A DNA stretch of 64,000 nucleotides from an uncultured Verrucomicrobia subdivision 3 bacterium (GTDB lineage Bacteria > Verrucomicrobiota > Verrucomicrobiia > Limisphaerales > UBA8199): contig CAIWMU010000234.1 of the NCBI GenBank assembly GCA_903913865.1, forward strand, positions 5,058 through 69,057, read 5' to 3'. The stretch's first letter is position 1. Every line of letters begins with the position of its first letter. The translations under genes and the position numbers were made by a program. Below the pieces are notes generated by a model that made no database searches, was not told the origin of the DNA, and saw only the letters and a list, made by a program, of their open reading frames with translations. Below are positions 47,702 through 56,856 of this stretch, in pieces.

Positions 47702-48547
47702 TCAGGGATTCGGGGTTTGGGGAAGGTAAACGGGTTGGCTGACCTCAAAGGTCTGGCGCTTATCCGGATGGGCCATGGTGTAAATGGAATAGGCAAACGG
47801 ATCCTGGCGATACATCCCACCCAGCCAGCGCCTAAGCCGATGTTGTGCAATCACGGCCGGGCGCATGCCGCGAACCCAGACCGGTGCGCTGCGGCGCAGT
47901 TCCAGCGCCTCGCGCCGGGCGTTGGGGCCGACACTCATGTTCGTGCCGGTCAGGGCGAACACCGAGGTGAACAGCGGCAGCGAAGCCATTTTCACACCCC
48001 GGCGCAGCATCCTCAGCACCCATTCTCCATCCCCCACATCGCGATACTTCGTATCAAAGGTGAAACCGAGTTCGGACACAACCCGGCGCCTGAAAAAGGT
48101 GGCGCAACTCAGCGTGGAAAGGTGGCAGGTCCAGGTGTGCCACGTCAAAGGGGTCTGCACCTTCCGGTGGTAAAGGTATTCCCCATTGCCATTGACGATC
48201 ACAATGTTGGCAAAGAGAACATCCACATCCGGGTGGGCATCAAAAAAGGTCGAGACTTCCGCCAGTGCCCCGGGCAGATATTGCTCGTCACAATTGAGCC
48301 AGGCCAGAATATCACCGGTGGCACGGGTGAACCCCCTGTTGATGGCGTCATACATGCCACGGTCCTTCTCAATGAAGGCGCGCACCCTCGGATCCCCGGG
48401 GAGCCAGTCGCCCGTGCCATCATCGGAACAGGAATCCTGCACAATCTGCTCGTGATCCACCCCGGTCTGGTCCGCCACGGAGGCGATGCACAGCCGCAGC
48501 CAGTTGCTGCTGCGGAAGCTTGGGGTGATGATTGTGAATCGCGGCAT
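47702..48547 (-). CDS. Glycosyltransferase family 2
   Basis: FTIITPSFRSSNWLRLCIASVADQ...QIVQDSCSDDGT...NCDEQY fits the GT-A DxD-type layout. Confidence 0.85.
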   Translation of the reverse strand: MPRFTIITPSFRSSNWLRLCIASVADQTGVDHEQIVQDSCSDDGTGDWLPGDPRVRAFIEKDRGMYDAINRGFTRATGDILAWLNCDEQYLPGALAEVSTFFDAHPDVDVLFANIVIVNGNGEYLYHRKVQTPLTWHTWTCHLSTLSCATFFRRRVVSELGFTFDTKYRDVGDGEWVLRMLRRGVKMASLPLFTSVFALTGTNMSVGPNARREALELRRSAPVWVRGMRPAVIAQHRLRRWLGGMYRQDPFAYSIYTMAHPDKRQTFEVSQPVYLPQTPNP

Positions 48548-48557
48548 GGGAAACAGG

Positions 48558-49571
48558 TTAACGGGCCCCTCCGGCCAGGAGTTTCTGGTAAAGGGCGACG
48601 AGCAGAACGGCGACCTCCTTCCAGGAACCGGGTCGTGCGGGAATCCTCAAATTGGGCGCCGCATCGTAAAAGGCCCGCAGGACAGCCGCTGCCCGGGGCT
48701 CATCCGCCCGGGCGGGGCAGTATGAGGCTTGATCCGCAAAAACTGAACGCGCCCAAGGCAGATCCGAGAGGAGAAGAGGGCACTCGCAAGCAGCCGCCTC
48801 CAGTGCGGAGAGACTCAGGCTCTCCGAGGAACTCCAGAGCACAAAACCCCGTGCACTGCGATAGATCATGGCGAGCCGGCTGCGGTCCTGCACCGGGCCC
48901 TCGAACCGCACAAACTCTCGGTTTGCCGCCACCACACGCATGAACTCCTGCGCGTAGGGATCGCTTTCGCCATACGGTTTGCCTATCACCCACAGGGGTG
49001 TGCGGGCAAGGGCGGCCGCCCGCGCCAGTTCCAGAACCCGTTTGCGGGTGGTGATGGTGGCAGTGCAGACGAGCCATTTCCCCCGTTCCGCAGGCCGGCT
49101 TTGCAGAAACTCCGTCTCAACACCGTTGGGGACCACATGCACCCGGCCGGTCGGGGCGTCAAAAAGGTAGCTCATGAGCCATCCCTCCCAGGAAGTGAGG
49201 GCTGTGCAGGCATCCGCCAGCTGGTAGGCGCGCCAGCGGAACGGCATCAGCAGGGATTGCGGCAACAGCCGGCCCAGCACCCGCATCATCAACCGCTGCC
49301 GCCAAAGCTGTGCCTTGCTGCGGGAACCCTGCACCGCGAGCAATTCGGAAAGAACCACCTTGATCCCCTTCTGATGGGCGTATTCGATCAGGTAGGGGGG
49401 CATTCGGGCGAAGCAGTGGATGATGTCCCCTGTCTGCGCCTCATCCCACCAGCGCAAATGCTCCACCTCGCAGTTCAAACCCTCCAGGGCCGCCTTCGTC
49501 TGGCGGATCTGGATCTGCATGCCACCGTGGGCGAGCATCGCAGGCTCGGGATGATCAAATAATATCTTCAT
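48558..49571 (-). CDS. Glycosyltransferase family 4 (GT-B)
   Basis: Starts MKILFDHPEPAMLAHGGMQIQI. C-terminal ...FVLWSSSESLSLSALEAAACECPLLLSDLPW is the GT4 E-x7-E region. The 66-aa Gly/Ser/Arg-rich extension in the track ORF was rejected. Confidence 0.8.
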   Translation of the reverse strand: MKILFDHPEPAMLAHGGMQIQIRQTKAALEGLNCEVEHLRWWDEAQTGDIIHCFARMPPYLIEYAHQKGIKVVLSELLAVQGSRSKAQLWRQRLMMRVLGRLLPQSLLMPFRWRAYQLADACTALTSWEGWLMSYLFDAPTGRVHVVPNGVETEFLQSRPAERGKWLVCTATITTRKRVLELARAAALARTPLWVIGKPYGESDPYAQEFMRVVAANREFVRFEGPVQDRSRLAMIYRSARGFVLWSSSESLSLSALEAAACECPLLLSDLPWARSVFADQASYCPARADEPRAAAVLRAFYDAAPNLRIPARPGSWKEVAVLLVALYQKLLAGGAR

Positions 49572-49647
49572 TCTCTGCGAACCGGCCCGGGACGGGTCTT
49601 GAAAGCGGGAACCCGGTGCGCCTGCCCCTCCGGCATGTTCATCCTGC

Positions 49648-50391
49648 TCATTTCCAGGCGTGCACCACGATGCGGTCAATCCGGGCGTAGCTCCAGAACC
49701 CGAATCCCCGCTTGAACTTCTCACGCGCCGCCCGCGCCAGCCGGAACCAGAGCGGCCGCACCCCGGCAACGATCTCCACCCTGCGGAACCCGGCCACCTT
49801 CAACATCCCCACCACCGCCTGGGGGTTCGGTCCGCACCAGTTCGTGGCATCCTTGCCCAGCTCATCCCCGGGATAAAAAGCCATGGCAGCCCGGCGGCAG
49901 CCCAGCATGTCCACCGCGGTTTCCAGCACCACCATTTCCCGCGTGATGCTGGCCACCCGTTCCACGGCGAGCATCGGGTGCTTCATATGATAGAGCACCC
50001 CCAGAAAAAAGACGACGTCATGCGTGCCACCCACCCGCTCGGGGCTGAGATCGAGAATATCGATGTCCTGATCCTTGACCTTGGAGCCCAAAACCTCCCG
50101 GGCCAGCAGGAATCCCCGCTTGTCACCCCAATCGTGGGAGCCGTTCCAGGAATAGGAATCGGTGGCGAGCACCTGCTTTGCGCCCCGGCGCTCCGCTTCG
50201 AAGGAGAAAAAGCCATCCCACGCCCCCACATCGAGCACGGTCTTACCGGCGAACGATTCGGGCAGCTTCAAGCGCCCGAGTTTACGGGTGCTGTTATCCT
50301 GTCCGGGTGTGACAATCCCGTGGCCCAGATCGATCGAATGATGCCACTTGAGCTGGGCAACCCGTGCTTTGATTTCGTTTGGACTCACCAC
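49648..50391 (-). CDS. Class I SAM-dependent methyltransferase (DUF1698/CmoB-like)
   Basis: LKWHHSIDLGHGIVTPG N-terminal block, then motif I GKTVLDVGAWDGFFSFEA. Confidence 0.8.
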   Translation of the reverse strand: MVSPNEIKARVAQLKWHHSIDLGHGIVTPGQDNSTRKLGRLKLPESFAGKTVLDVGAWDGFFSFEAERRGAKQVLATDSYSWNGSHDWGDKRGFLLAREVLGSKVKDQDIDILDLSPERVGGTHDVVFFLGVLYHMKHPMLAVERVASITREMVVLETAVDMLGCRRAAMAFYPGDELGKDATNWCGPNPQAVVGMLKVAGFRRVEIVAGVRPLWFRLARAAREKFKRGFGFWSYARIDRIVVHAWK

Positions 50392-50517
50392 CCCCAGAAT
50401 AGCCCAACGATCGGCAGACGATCAACGGCAAAGCAATTCCCGGAGCGACGCCCTTGATGAGCCGGTAAAGTGGAATTCCAAAAAGGGCCCTGCCACACAC
50501 ACCAGGCTTACGCCGGA

Positions 50518-51650
50518 CGCGGATGCACGCGAATGGGGAAAGGTTGTCCGCAGATGGCGCAGATGAACGCAGAAGGGGTGGGGAAGGGAAGGGTGGGGTT
50601 TTACGGAAAGTGCCCGGGCGTTACCCCTTTCCCCCCTCCGGGAATCCCAAGGGGATTCTGCCATAAAGCCCGGGGTTACCCCGGGTTCAGGCCAATCGCG
50701 TTCCCTACCCCGCAAGGGGTTGTGCCGTTCGTGCCCGCCGGGGGGTGCGGGAAACAAGGGCGGAATGGGATGGGGTTCGCTGGTGCAGATGAAGGGTCCT
50801 CCCAGAAGAAATTGCCAGGATACACACAACCCCAAAACACCCCACATGCCCTCCGTTCGGTCGTTCGGCACAACCACCTTCGGGGTTGTTGATATGTTGG
50901 GCATGGACCCAGGGTAGCGCCTCGGCGGCGCAACCCTGGGCTTTGTGGCAGAATCCCTTCAGGATTCCCGGAGGGGGATGGGGCAAGGCACGACCTTCGA
51001 ATTCCGGGAGGGGAAACGGCGATGGCCCGTCCTCCGGCGTTTCCGGATGGGGGAATTGGTCCACGTCCATCCCCACAGTCATGATCCCGTTGGGATTCCC
51101 AGAGGGGAAACGGCGATCGCCCACGACCAGCGGCGTCTCCATGCACATAACGGGTCATCGCCCGCATCATTTCCCCGCCCCCAACGTCAACGACGTTGTG
51201 CCATACAGCCCGGGGTTGTGCGGATCGCCGCACTACCCCGGGTCCTGGCCAAATCGTGTTCCCTACCCCGCAAGGGGTTGTGCCGTTCGTGCCCGCCAAG
51301 GGGTTCGATATCAAAGGGCGGAATGGGATGGGGTTCGCTGGTGCAGATGAAGAGTCCACCCCGAGGTAATCCCCACGATCTACACAATGTATAAACCCAA
51401 CATGCCCTCCGTTCGGCCGTTCGTCACAACCACCTTCGGGGTTGTGGCGCACTTCCCGACCATACCCGGGGTAACGCCGCCGACGGCATAACCCCGGGCT
51501 TTGAGGCTGAACCCGCTTCGGGGATCCCGGACGGGGACCGGGGGAAAGCCCGGGCACCTTCCGCAAATCCCCACCCTTCCCCATCTGCGCTCATCTGCGC
51601 GATCTGTGGATAACACCTCCCCATTTGGGTTCATCCGTGCCCATTCGCGG
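50518..51650. repeat. Composite ~1.1-kb non-coding element bounded by ~100-bp imperfect inverted repeats built of ~10-bp CGCAGATG-like iterons (MITE-like)
   Basis: The left end CGCGGATGCACGCGAATGGGGAAAGGTTGTCCGCAGATGGCGCAGATGAACGCAGAAGGGGTGGGGAAGGG...GTGCCCGGGC matches the reverse complement of the right end ...GCCCGGGCACC...CCCCATCTGCGCTCATCTGCGCGATCTGTGGATAAC...TTCATCCGTGCCCATTCGCGG. The interior holds two direct copies of the family A module (period about 556-558 bp). There is no credible ORF. Confidence 0.75.
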
Positions 51651-51764
51651 TTCCCACACACCCAAACTCCATCATACCACTCATGAATCCGTGCCGGCTT
51701 TTGTTGGCGGATGGAGAAATGGGATTGGTCCTGGACGGCGGGCTTGGCTAGGGTGTCCGCGACG

Positions 51765-52523
51765 ATGATTGAATCGTGGCACTATCCGTATTTGCTTCTG
51801 GCTGGCACCGTGGCCGGTTTTGTGGATTCCGTCGCCGGTGGGGGCGGGTTGATCACCATTCCGGTGCTGCTGGGGCTGGGTCTGCCGCCGCAGGAGGCCC
51901 TGGGGACGAACAAGCTGCAGGCCACCTTCGGATCGGGGAGCGCGGCATGGCACTATGCGCAGGCGGGCACGGTTCGGGTGGCTGATTGCACTCGTGGTTT
52001 CATGCTGGCGCTGCTCGGTTCCGTGGCGGGTGCGCTGGTGGTGCAGCGGGTGGATCCGGCGTTCCTGAGAAAGGCCATCCCGGTGCTGCTCATCAGCGTG
52101 GCGGTTTACTTCATGATCAAGCCGGACCTGGGCTCGAAGGATGGGAAACCCCGGATGTCACGCGGCTGGTTTGATGTGGTGTTTGGGTTGTCGCTGGGTT
52201 TTTACGATGGCTTTTTCGGTCCGGGCACCGGCACGTTCTGGGCGATGGCCTTTGTGCTCTACATGGGGACCAGCCTGACGGCGGCCACCGGGGCGACGAA
52301 AGTGATGAATTTCGCGAGCAATCTCGGTTCGCTGGTGCTGTTCCTGTGGAGCGGCAAGGTGCTGTTTGCGGCCGGGTTGGTCATGGGGGCGGGACAGTTC
52401 CTGGGTGCGCGGCTCGGTTCCCGCATGGTCATCACCCATGGGGCGCGGTTCATCCGTCCGGTGTTCCTGACAATCGTTCTGGCGCTGGCCGTGAAGTTGC
52501 TCCACGACGGTTTTATGAAGTGA
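51765..52523 (+). CDS. TauE/SafE (TSUP) family membrane transporter (second paralog)
   Basis: LLAGTVAGFVDSVAGGGGLITIPVLLGLGLPPQEALGTNK is the family signature. Start chosen at MIESWHYPY. Confidence 0.85.
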   Translation: MIESWHYPYLLLAGTVAGFVDSVAGGGGLITIPVLLGLGLPPQEALGTNKLQATFGSGSAAWHYAQAGTVRVADCTRGFMLALLGSVAGALVVQRVDPAFLRKAIPVLLISVAVYFMIKPDLGSKDGKPRMSRGWFDVVFGLSLGFYDGFFGPGTGTFWAMAFVLYMGTSLTAATGATKVMNFASNLGSLVLFLWSGKVLFAAGLVMGAGQFLGARLGSRMVITHGARFIRPVFLTIVLALAVKLLHDGFMK

Positions 52524-52559
52524 CGTTGCGCCATCCGGCTGTTATTCGTTTCATCAACA

Positions 52560-53480
52560 ATGAAAAAGACCCTGACCCTTCTCCTGCTGGCTGCGGCACT
52601 AGGTTCCAGCCGCTCCGCGCAATTTGACGTGCGGGATGAAAAGACCTTTGAGGCCATCGTCCCGAACGGCGCCACCCTGGTCACCAACGCGACCGGTTTC
52701 AAGTTCACCGAGGGGCCTGTCTGGGTGGGGGGAGCCAATGGCTACCTTGTGTTCAGTGACATCCCGGCGGATGAACTGAAGAAATGGACACCAAAGGAGG
52801 GAATCACGGTCTTTCGGAAGCCCAGCCGGAATTCCAACGGCAACCGCCTGGACCGGAAGGGACGCCTTGTCACCTGCGAACATTCCGGCCGCCGCGTTGT
52901 GCGGGCCGAGGCGGATGGATCCCTGACCGTGCTGGCCGACAATTTCGAGGGACGGAAGCTCAATTCGCCCAACGATGTCGCCGTGCGGAAGGATGGATCA
53001 CTGTATTTCACCGATCCCGATTACGGTCTGGGAAACCAGCCCCGGGAGGTTGCGGGCTGCTACGTTTACCGGATTGATCCGGCCAAAGGCACCCTCACGG
53101 CCGTGGCGAAGGATTTCGACCGCCCTAACGGGATCGTCTTCTCACCGGATGAGAAGCGCCTTTATATTGGAGATTCAGGCCAGCCCCATCACATCCGGGT
53201 GTTTGATGTGAAGTCCGATGGCACTCTGGCAAACGGGCGGGTGTTCTGCCAGATCGACAATGGGGTGCCGGATGGCATCCGGGTGGATGTGCGGGGAAGG
53301 GTTTTCAGCAGCGCGGGGGACGGAGTTCAGATCTTTGACACGGATGGCCGCCTGATCGGCAAGATCCTGGTGCCCCAGTGTGTGGCAAATCTTTGCTTCG
53401 GCGGCAAGGGAGGCAGGACCCTGTTCATGACGGCGCAGTCGGGGCTTTACTCCCTGGAACTGCTCACCTCCGGGCGGTGA
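52560..53480 (+). CDS. SMP-30/gluconolactonase/LRE-family six-bladed propeller, secreted
   Basis: Signal peptide. FTEGPVW...LVFSDIP...NSPNDVAVRKDGSLYFTDP...PNGIVFSPDEKRLYIGDS...PDGIRVD. Confidence 0.85.
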   Translation: MKKTLTLLLLAAALGSSRSAQFDVRDEKTFEAIVPNGATLVTNATGFKFTEGPVWVGGANGYLVFSDIPADELKKWTPKEGITVFRKPSRNSNGNRLDRKGRLVTCEHSGRRVVRAEADGSLTVLADNFEGRKLNSPNDVAVRKDGSLYFTDPDYGLGNQPREVAGCYVYRIDPAKGTLTAVAKDFDRPNGIVFSPDEKRLYIGDSGQPHHIRVFDVKSDGTLANGRVFCQIDNGVPDGIRVDVRGRVFSSAGDGVQIFDTDGRLIGKILVPQCVANLCFGGKGGRTLFMTAQSGLYSLELLTSGR

Positions 53481-53489
53481 GGTTGGTCC

Positions 53490-54359
53490 CTATTTGGGCC
53501 GCTGTGACTCCATGAGTTGCAGGAAGTCCTCGATACCCTCGTGGTATCTGCGGCGGTCCATGAGCGGGTAGTTGTGGTTGCCCTTGATTTCGCAGAACCG
53601 TTTCGGCTCATTGGCGCTGGCAAAGTTGGTCTCCGCGTGCGTGAAGGGAATCAACCCGTCATCCCGGCTGTGCATGACCAGCAGAGGAACCTTCAAGGAG
53701 GGAAGTTTCCCTTGTGTGGCATAGTGAATCCGGCTCAACCAGCGGACCGGCAGCCAGGGAAACAGTTCCGCGCCGATATCCGGAATGCTCGTGAAGGTGC
53801 TTTGCAGAATGAGACCGCCCGTCTTCCTGCGCCCGGCCAGTTCGGTGGCGACACCCCCGCCCAGTGATTCGCCATAGGCGATCAGGTTTGTCTCCGGGAA
53901 ACCCTTCTTCATCAGCCATGCATGGGCCGCCTCGGCATCCATGTATGTGCCCTCCTCGTCCGGCTTGCCGCTGCTGCGTCCATAACCCCGGTAATCAAAA
54001 ATCAGAACCGACACCCCTGTCGCCAGCAGTGCCTCGCAGGTGTTCAACCGGTGGCTGATGTTCCCACCGTTGCCGTGGCAGTAGATGATCGCAAGGTGTG
54101 AGCGGGTGGAGTTGGTATGGGCGGGAAAGAACCAGCCATGCAACGAGGTGCCATCCGCCGCCACGAACGTGGCCTCCTCATGGGGACGCCCCAGCTCATC
54201 CGCATCCGCAACAAACGGGCGGGTGGGATGATAAACCTGTGAATGCTCAAACCAACGCAACATCAGCCAGAATCCGGCAACCAGCGCAACCAGCACCACC
54301 CCACCCTTTTTCCAAAAGGGGTCAGTCCTCACTATTGACAGTGGGCTATTTGCGCTCAC
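53490..54359 (-). CDS. Alpha/beta hydrolase, membrane-anchored
   Basis: N-terminal TM. YCHGNGGN oxyanion region, nucleophile elbow GESLGG, later D and H (...MHSRDDGLIPFTHAE...GNHN). Confidence 0.85.
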   Translation of the reverse strand: MSANSPLSIVRTDPFWKKGGVVLVALVAGFWLMLRWFEHSQVYHPTRPFVADADELGRPHEEATFVAADGTSLHGWFFPAHTNSTRSHLAIIYCHGNGGNISHRLNTCEALLATGVSVLIFDYRGYGRSSGKPDEEGTYMDAEAAHAWLMKKGFPETNLIAYGESLGGGVATELAGRRKTGGLILQSTFTSIPDIGAELFPWLPVRWLSRIHYATQGKLPSLKVPLLVMHSRDDGLIPFTHAETNFASANEPKRFCEIKGNHNYPLMDRRRYHEGIEDFLQLMESQRPK

Positions 54360-54442
54360 GCACCCAGCCTATCCGCTCCCACACCCCTTTCCAAGCCCGT
54401 TTGCGCTTTACCACCGATTCAGCCCCGTCCATCTTCCCGCGC

Positions 54443-56833
54443 ATGACGCACCAAGAGACAGCCCGCGGGAGGGACGCGTCCCGTCCGCCCGCATCACGGA
54501 TTTTGAACCTCCTCCTCCCGGTCGCAGCCTGGCTGGGTTCCCTTTGCCTTGTTCATGGCCAGACCTTGCCGGACCCGGCGAAGGGTGCATCCCCCCACCT
54601 GTGGAAGCCGGTCGCGGACACCGTTTACTCGCAGGAGGTTGGGGAGACGATTGCCACGGACAAGGCGATCACCGCCGTGGCGGTGCACCAGGGTTCCCCT
54701 TATGCGGTGGTCGGGGGCGCGTTGAAGACCCTGCAGGCGGGCAGGCTGGAGGTGATTGCGGGCAGTCCTGAGGGGATTGTCCGTCTCCGGTCGCTCGGGG
54801 GCAGCCTCTGGGCGGCGACCCCGCAGGGGACCTTCCGTCTGGCTGAATCCAAATGGGAACGGGTCCATGAGCAGCCGTTCAAGGATTTCTGCCTGCATGA
54901 GGGTCAGGTCCACGGCGCGACGGCCAGCGGGCTGTTCCGGTTTGATGGCCGCGCCTTTGTGAGCATCAAGCCCGCCGGTGGTTACCTCTCCAGCGACACC
55001 TCGGTGGTGATGGAGGACTTTTCCCAATTGCTGGCAGACCCGGTGGAAATCGGGCCGATTGAGCGGATCGCCTCCTACAGCAGCACCCTGTATCTGCTTC
55101 GCCCGGGTGGGATCGGGCTGCTGGAGGGGAAGACCTTTATGGCGGATCCGGTGGATTGGGGCCAACTGCCCTCAACCGGGACACGGGACATGGTGGCGCT
55201 GGGCAGCAGGCTTTATGTGGGGACCGATCGCGGATTGGGAGTGCTGCGGGGGATGGCGATGACCTCCTTGCGTGGGGCGGACGGTCTGCCCTATGAGGAC
55301 GTGACATGCCTCACCCCGGGCTTTGACGGGGATTTATGGATAGGGACCTCGCGCGGGGCGATCCGGAAGGTGGAGGAACAGTTCCAGTTTTTTGGTGCCC
55401 GCCACTGGCTGCCCGGAGACCAGGTGCGGGACATCGCGGTTGGGGATCATGTGGTTTACATCGCCACGGATGGCGGACTGGGGATCATCCGCTATGAACC
55501 GTGGACCCTGGCGAAGAAAGCGGCCTATTACGAGCGGGAGCTGGAGGAGTGGGGGTTCAAGCGTCTGGGATTTGTTCACAAACTATTCTGGGCCGGGGAC
55601 AAGGAGGGCTGGTGGCGGGAAATCAGCGACAATGACGGGGGCAACACCGCGCTCTACCTTGCGGCGATGTCCTACAAGTATGGGGCCACCGGGGATGAGG
55701 GGGCACGGGCCGAGGCACTGGAGGCATTCCGGGCGATGACATGGCTGGATGACATCACCACCAAGCCCGGGTTCTTTGCCCGGGCCGTCTGGTCGGTGAA
55801 GGGGGACAAAGGGGAGCGAGCCACACGCGGCTCCGGGCCGCTTCCGGCGAAGTGGTATCCCACCCCGGACGGGCTCTGGTTTTGGAAGGGGGACACCTCG
55901 AGCGATGAGGTGAACGGGCATTATTACTCGGTCTGCCTCTTCCACGATCTTGCGGCGAAGGGCCGCGAGAAGGAGCGGGCAAAACGCCACATCGGGAACA
56001 TCACCTCCCACATCATCGACAACGGCTGGGTGCTGCGGGACATGGATGGCAAGCCGACCCGCTGGGGGCGGTGGGATCCTGAATACCTTTTGCGCCCGTA
56101 TGGGTTCGAGTCGCGGGGTTTGAATGGGCTGGAGGCACAGACCTATGTGCATGCCGCTTTTGCGCTGACGGGCGATCCCAAATATGAGGCGGCCCTGCAG
56201 CAACTGCTCAAGTGGCGCTACCACACCTACACCGTCAGGCAGAAGATGACCTTCCCGCCGGACTCGATTGTGCCCTGGGACGACGAACTGGGTTTCTGGT
56301 GCTACCACACCATCCTGAGGTATGTGCGGGATCCGGAATTGAAATCCCTCTACCGGCGCAGTCTGGAGCGGAGCTGGGAGGTGCAGCGAATGCACCAGGT
56401 GCCGTTCTTCAACTGGACCTACGGGGCGCTGACCGGCAACGATTGCGAGGCACCGCAGGCGGTGCAGCATCTTCGCGAATGGTCACTGGACCTGGTGAAC
56501 CACAATTACCACAACTCCCACCGGAGCGACCTTTCGCCCCAGCGTGGCTATGTGGCCTACGCGGGAGGAGTCCGGGCCATCTCCCCCAGGGAATCCGAGG
56601 CGAAATGGGGCAGCCGCCATGCGCTCCAGTATGATGGCGGGGAGGGCAGCCACGGGGTGACGCCGCCGATCGGATGGCTGGCCGATTACTGGATGGGCCG
56701 TTATTACGGCTTCATCGAGGCCCCGGCGGGTGCCGGTGGCTCCGCCACAACCCTGCAACCCCGGCAGGAGAAACGCCATGGGGCGGCCCCCTACCAGGGC
56801 CCGCCACGCCCTGTCGCGAACTGGGAAAAATAA
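54443..56833 (+). CDS. Secreted protein: N-terminal beta-propeller (two-component-regulator-propeller-like) plus C-terminal alpha-rich, glycoside-hydrolase-like domain
   Basis: Signal peptide LLLPVAAWLGSLCLVHGQ. Repeats such as ...LWAATPQGTFRL..., ...LYVGTDRGLGVL..., ...LWIGTSRGAIRK..., ...VYIATDGGLGII.... The C-terminal half is rich in W/Y/helix motifs. The track ORF 5' extension from 54098 overlaps the hydrolase gene and was rejected. Confidence 0.55.
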   Translation: MTHQETARGRDASRPPASRILNLLLPVAAWLGSLCLVHGQTLPDPAKGASPHLWKPVADTVYSQEVGETIATDKAITAVAVHQGSPYAVVGGALKTLQAGRLEVIAGSPEGIVRLRSLGGSLWAATPQGTFRLAESKWERVHEQPFKDFCLHEGQVHGATASGLFRFDGRAFVSIKPAGGYLSSDTSVVMEDFSQLLADPVEIGPIERIASYSSTLYLLRPGGIGLLEGKTFMADPVDWGQLPSTGTRDMVALGSRLYVGTDRGLGVLRGMAMTSLRGADGLPYEDVTCLTPGFDGDLWIGTSRGAIRKVEEQFQFFGARHWLPGDQVRDIAVGDHVVYIATDGGLGIIRYEPWTLAKKAAYYERELEEWGFKRLGFVHKLFWAGDKEGWWREISDNDGGNTALYLAAMSYKYGATGDEGARAEALEAFRAMTWLDDITTKPGFFARAVWSVKGDKGERATRGSGPLPAKWYPTPDGLWFWKGDTSSDEVNGHYYSVCLFHDLAAKGREKERAKRHIGNITSHIIDNGWVLRDMDGKPTRWGRWDPEYLLRPYGFESRGLNGLEAQTYVHAAFALTGDPKYEAALQQLLKWRYHTYTVRQKMTFPPDSIVPWDDELGFWCYHTILRYVRDPELKSLYRRSLERSWEVQRMHQVPFFNWTYGALTGNDCEAPQAVQHLREWSLDLVNHNYHNSHRSDLSPQRGYVAYAGGVRAISPRESEAKWGSRHALQYDGGEGSHGVTPPIGWLADYWMGRYYGFIEAPAGAGGSATTLQPRQEKRHGAAPYQGPPRPVANWEK

Positions 56834-56856
56834 GTGCATTCCGTGGTAAGTCTGCC

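Noticed and set aside
50422-51584. ORFs of 140-302 aa across the 1.1-kb repeat element (50422..50904, 50676..51584, 50705..51148, 50886..51350 and others), and similar ORFs across 22716..23262 and 60485..61198.
   Set aside because: They read through palindromic repeats in several overlapping frames on both strands. They are Gly/Pro/Arg-rich with no domain signature, and their internal peptide repeats simply mirror the DNA repeats.
51605-51613. Perfect DnaA box TTATCCACA (minus strand), a possible replication origin.
   Set aside because: There is a single perfect box, with only degenerate relatives at 20458 and 50544. It is embedded in an inverted-repeat element. There is no AT-rich unwinding region and no dnaA or dnaN nearby.
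50492-51663. CCACACACACC (50492..50502) and CCACACACCC (51654..51663) as a target-site duplication of the 1.1-kb element.
   Set aside because: Both lie 3-15 nt outside the inverted termini rather than abutting them, and the motif is a simple CA repeat. This is not convincing without an empty-site comparison.
51778-51797. TGGCAC...TTGC string that could be a sigma-54 promoter.
   Set aside because: GG and GC are 16 nt apart instead of 12, and the site lies inside the TSUP transporter coding sequence. Other TGGCA-containing intergenic strings (18692..18806, 21798..22053, 41950..41974, 59720..59740) also fail the spacing test.
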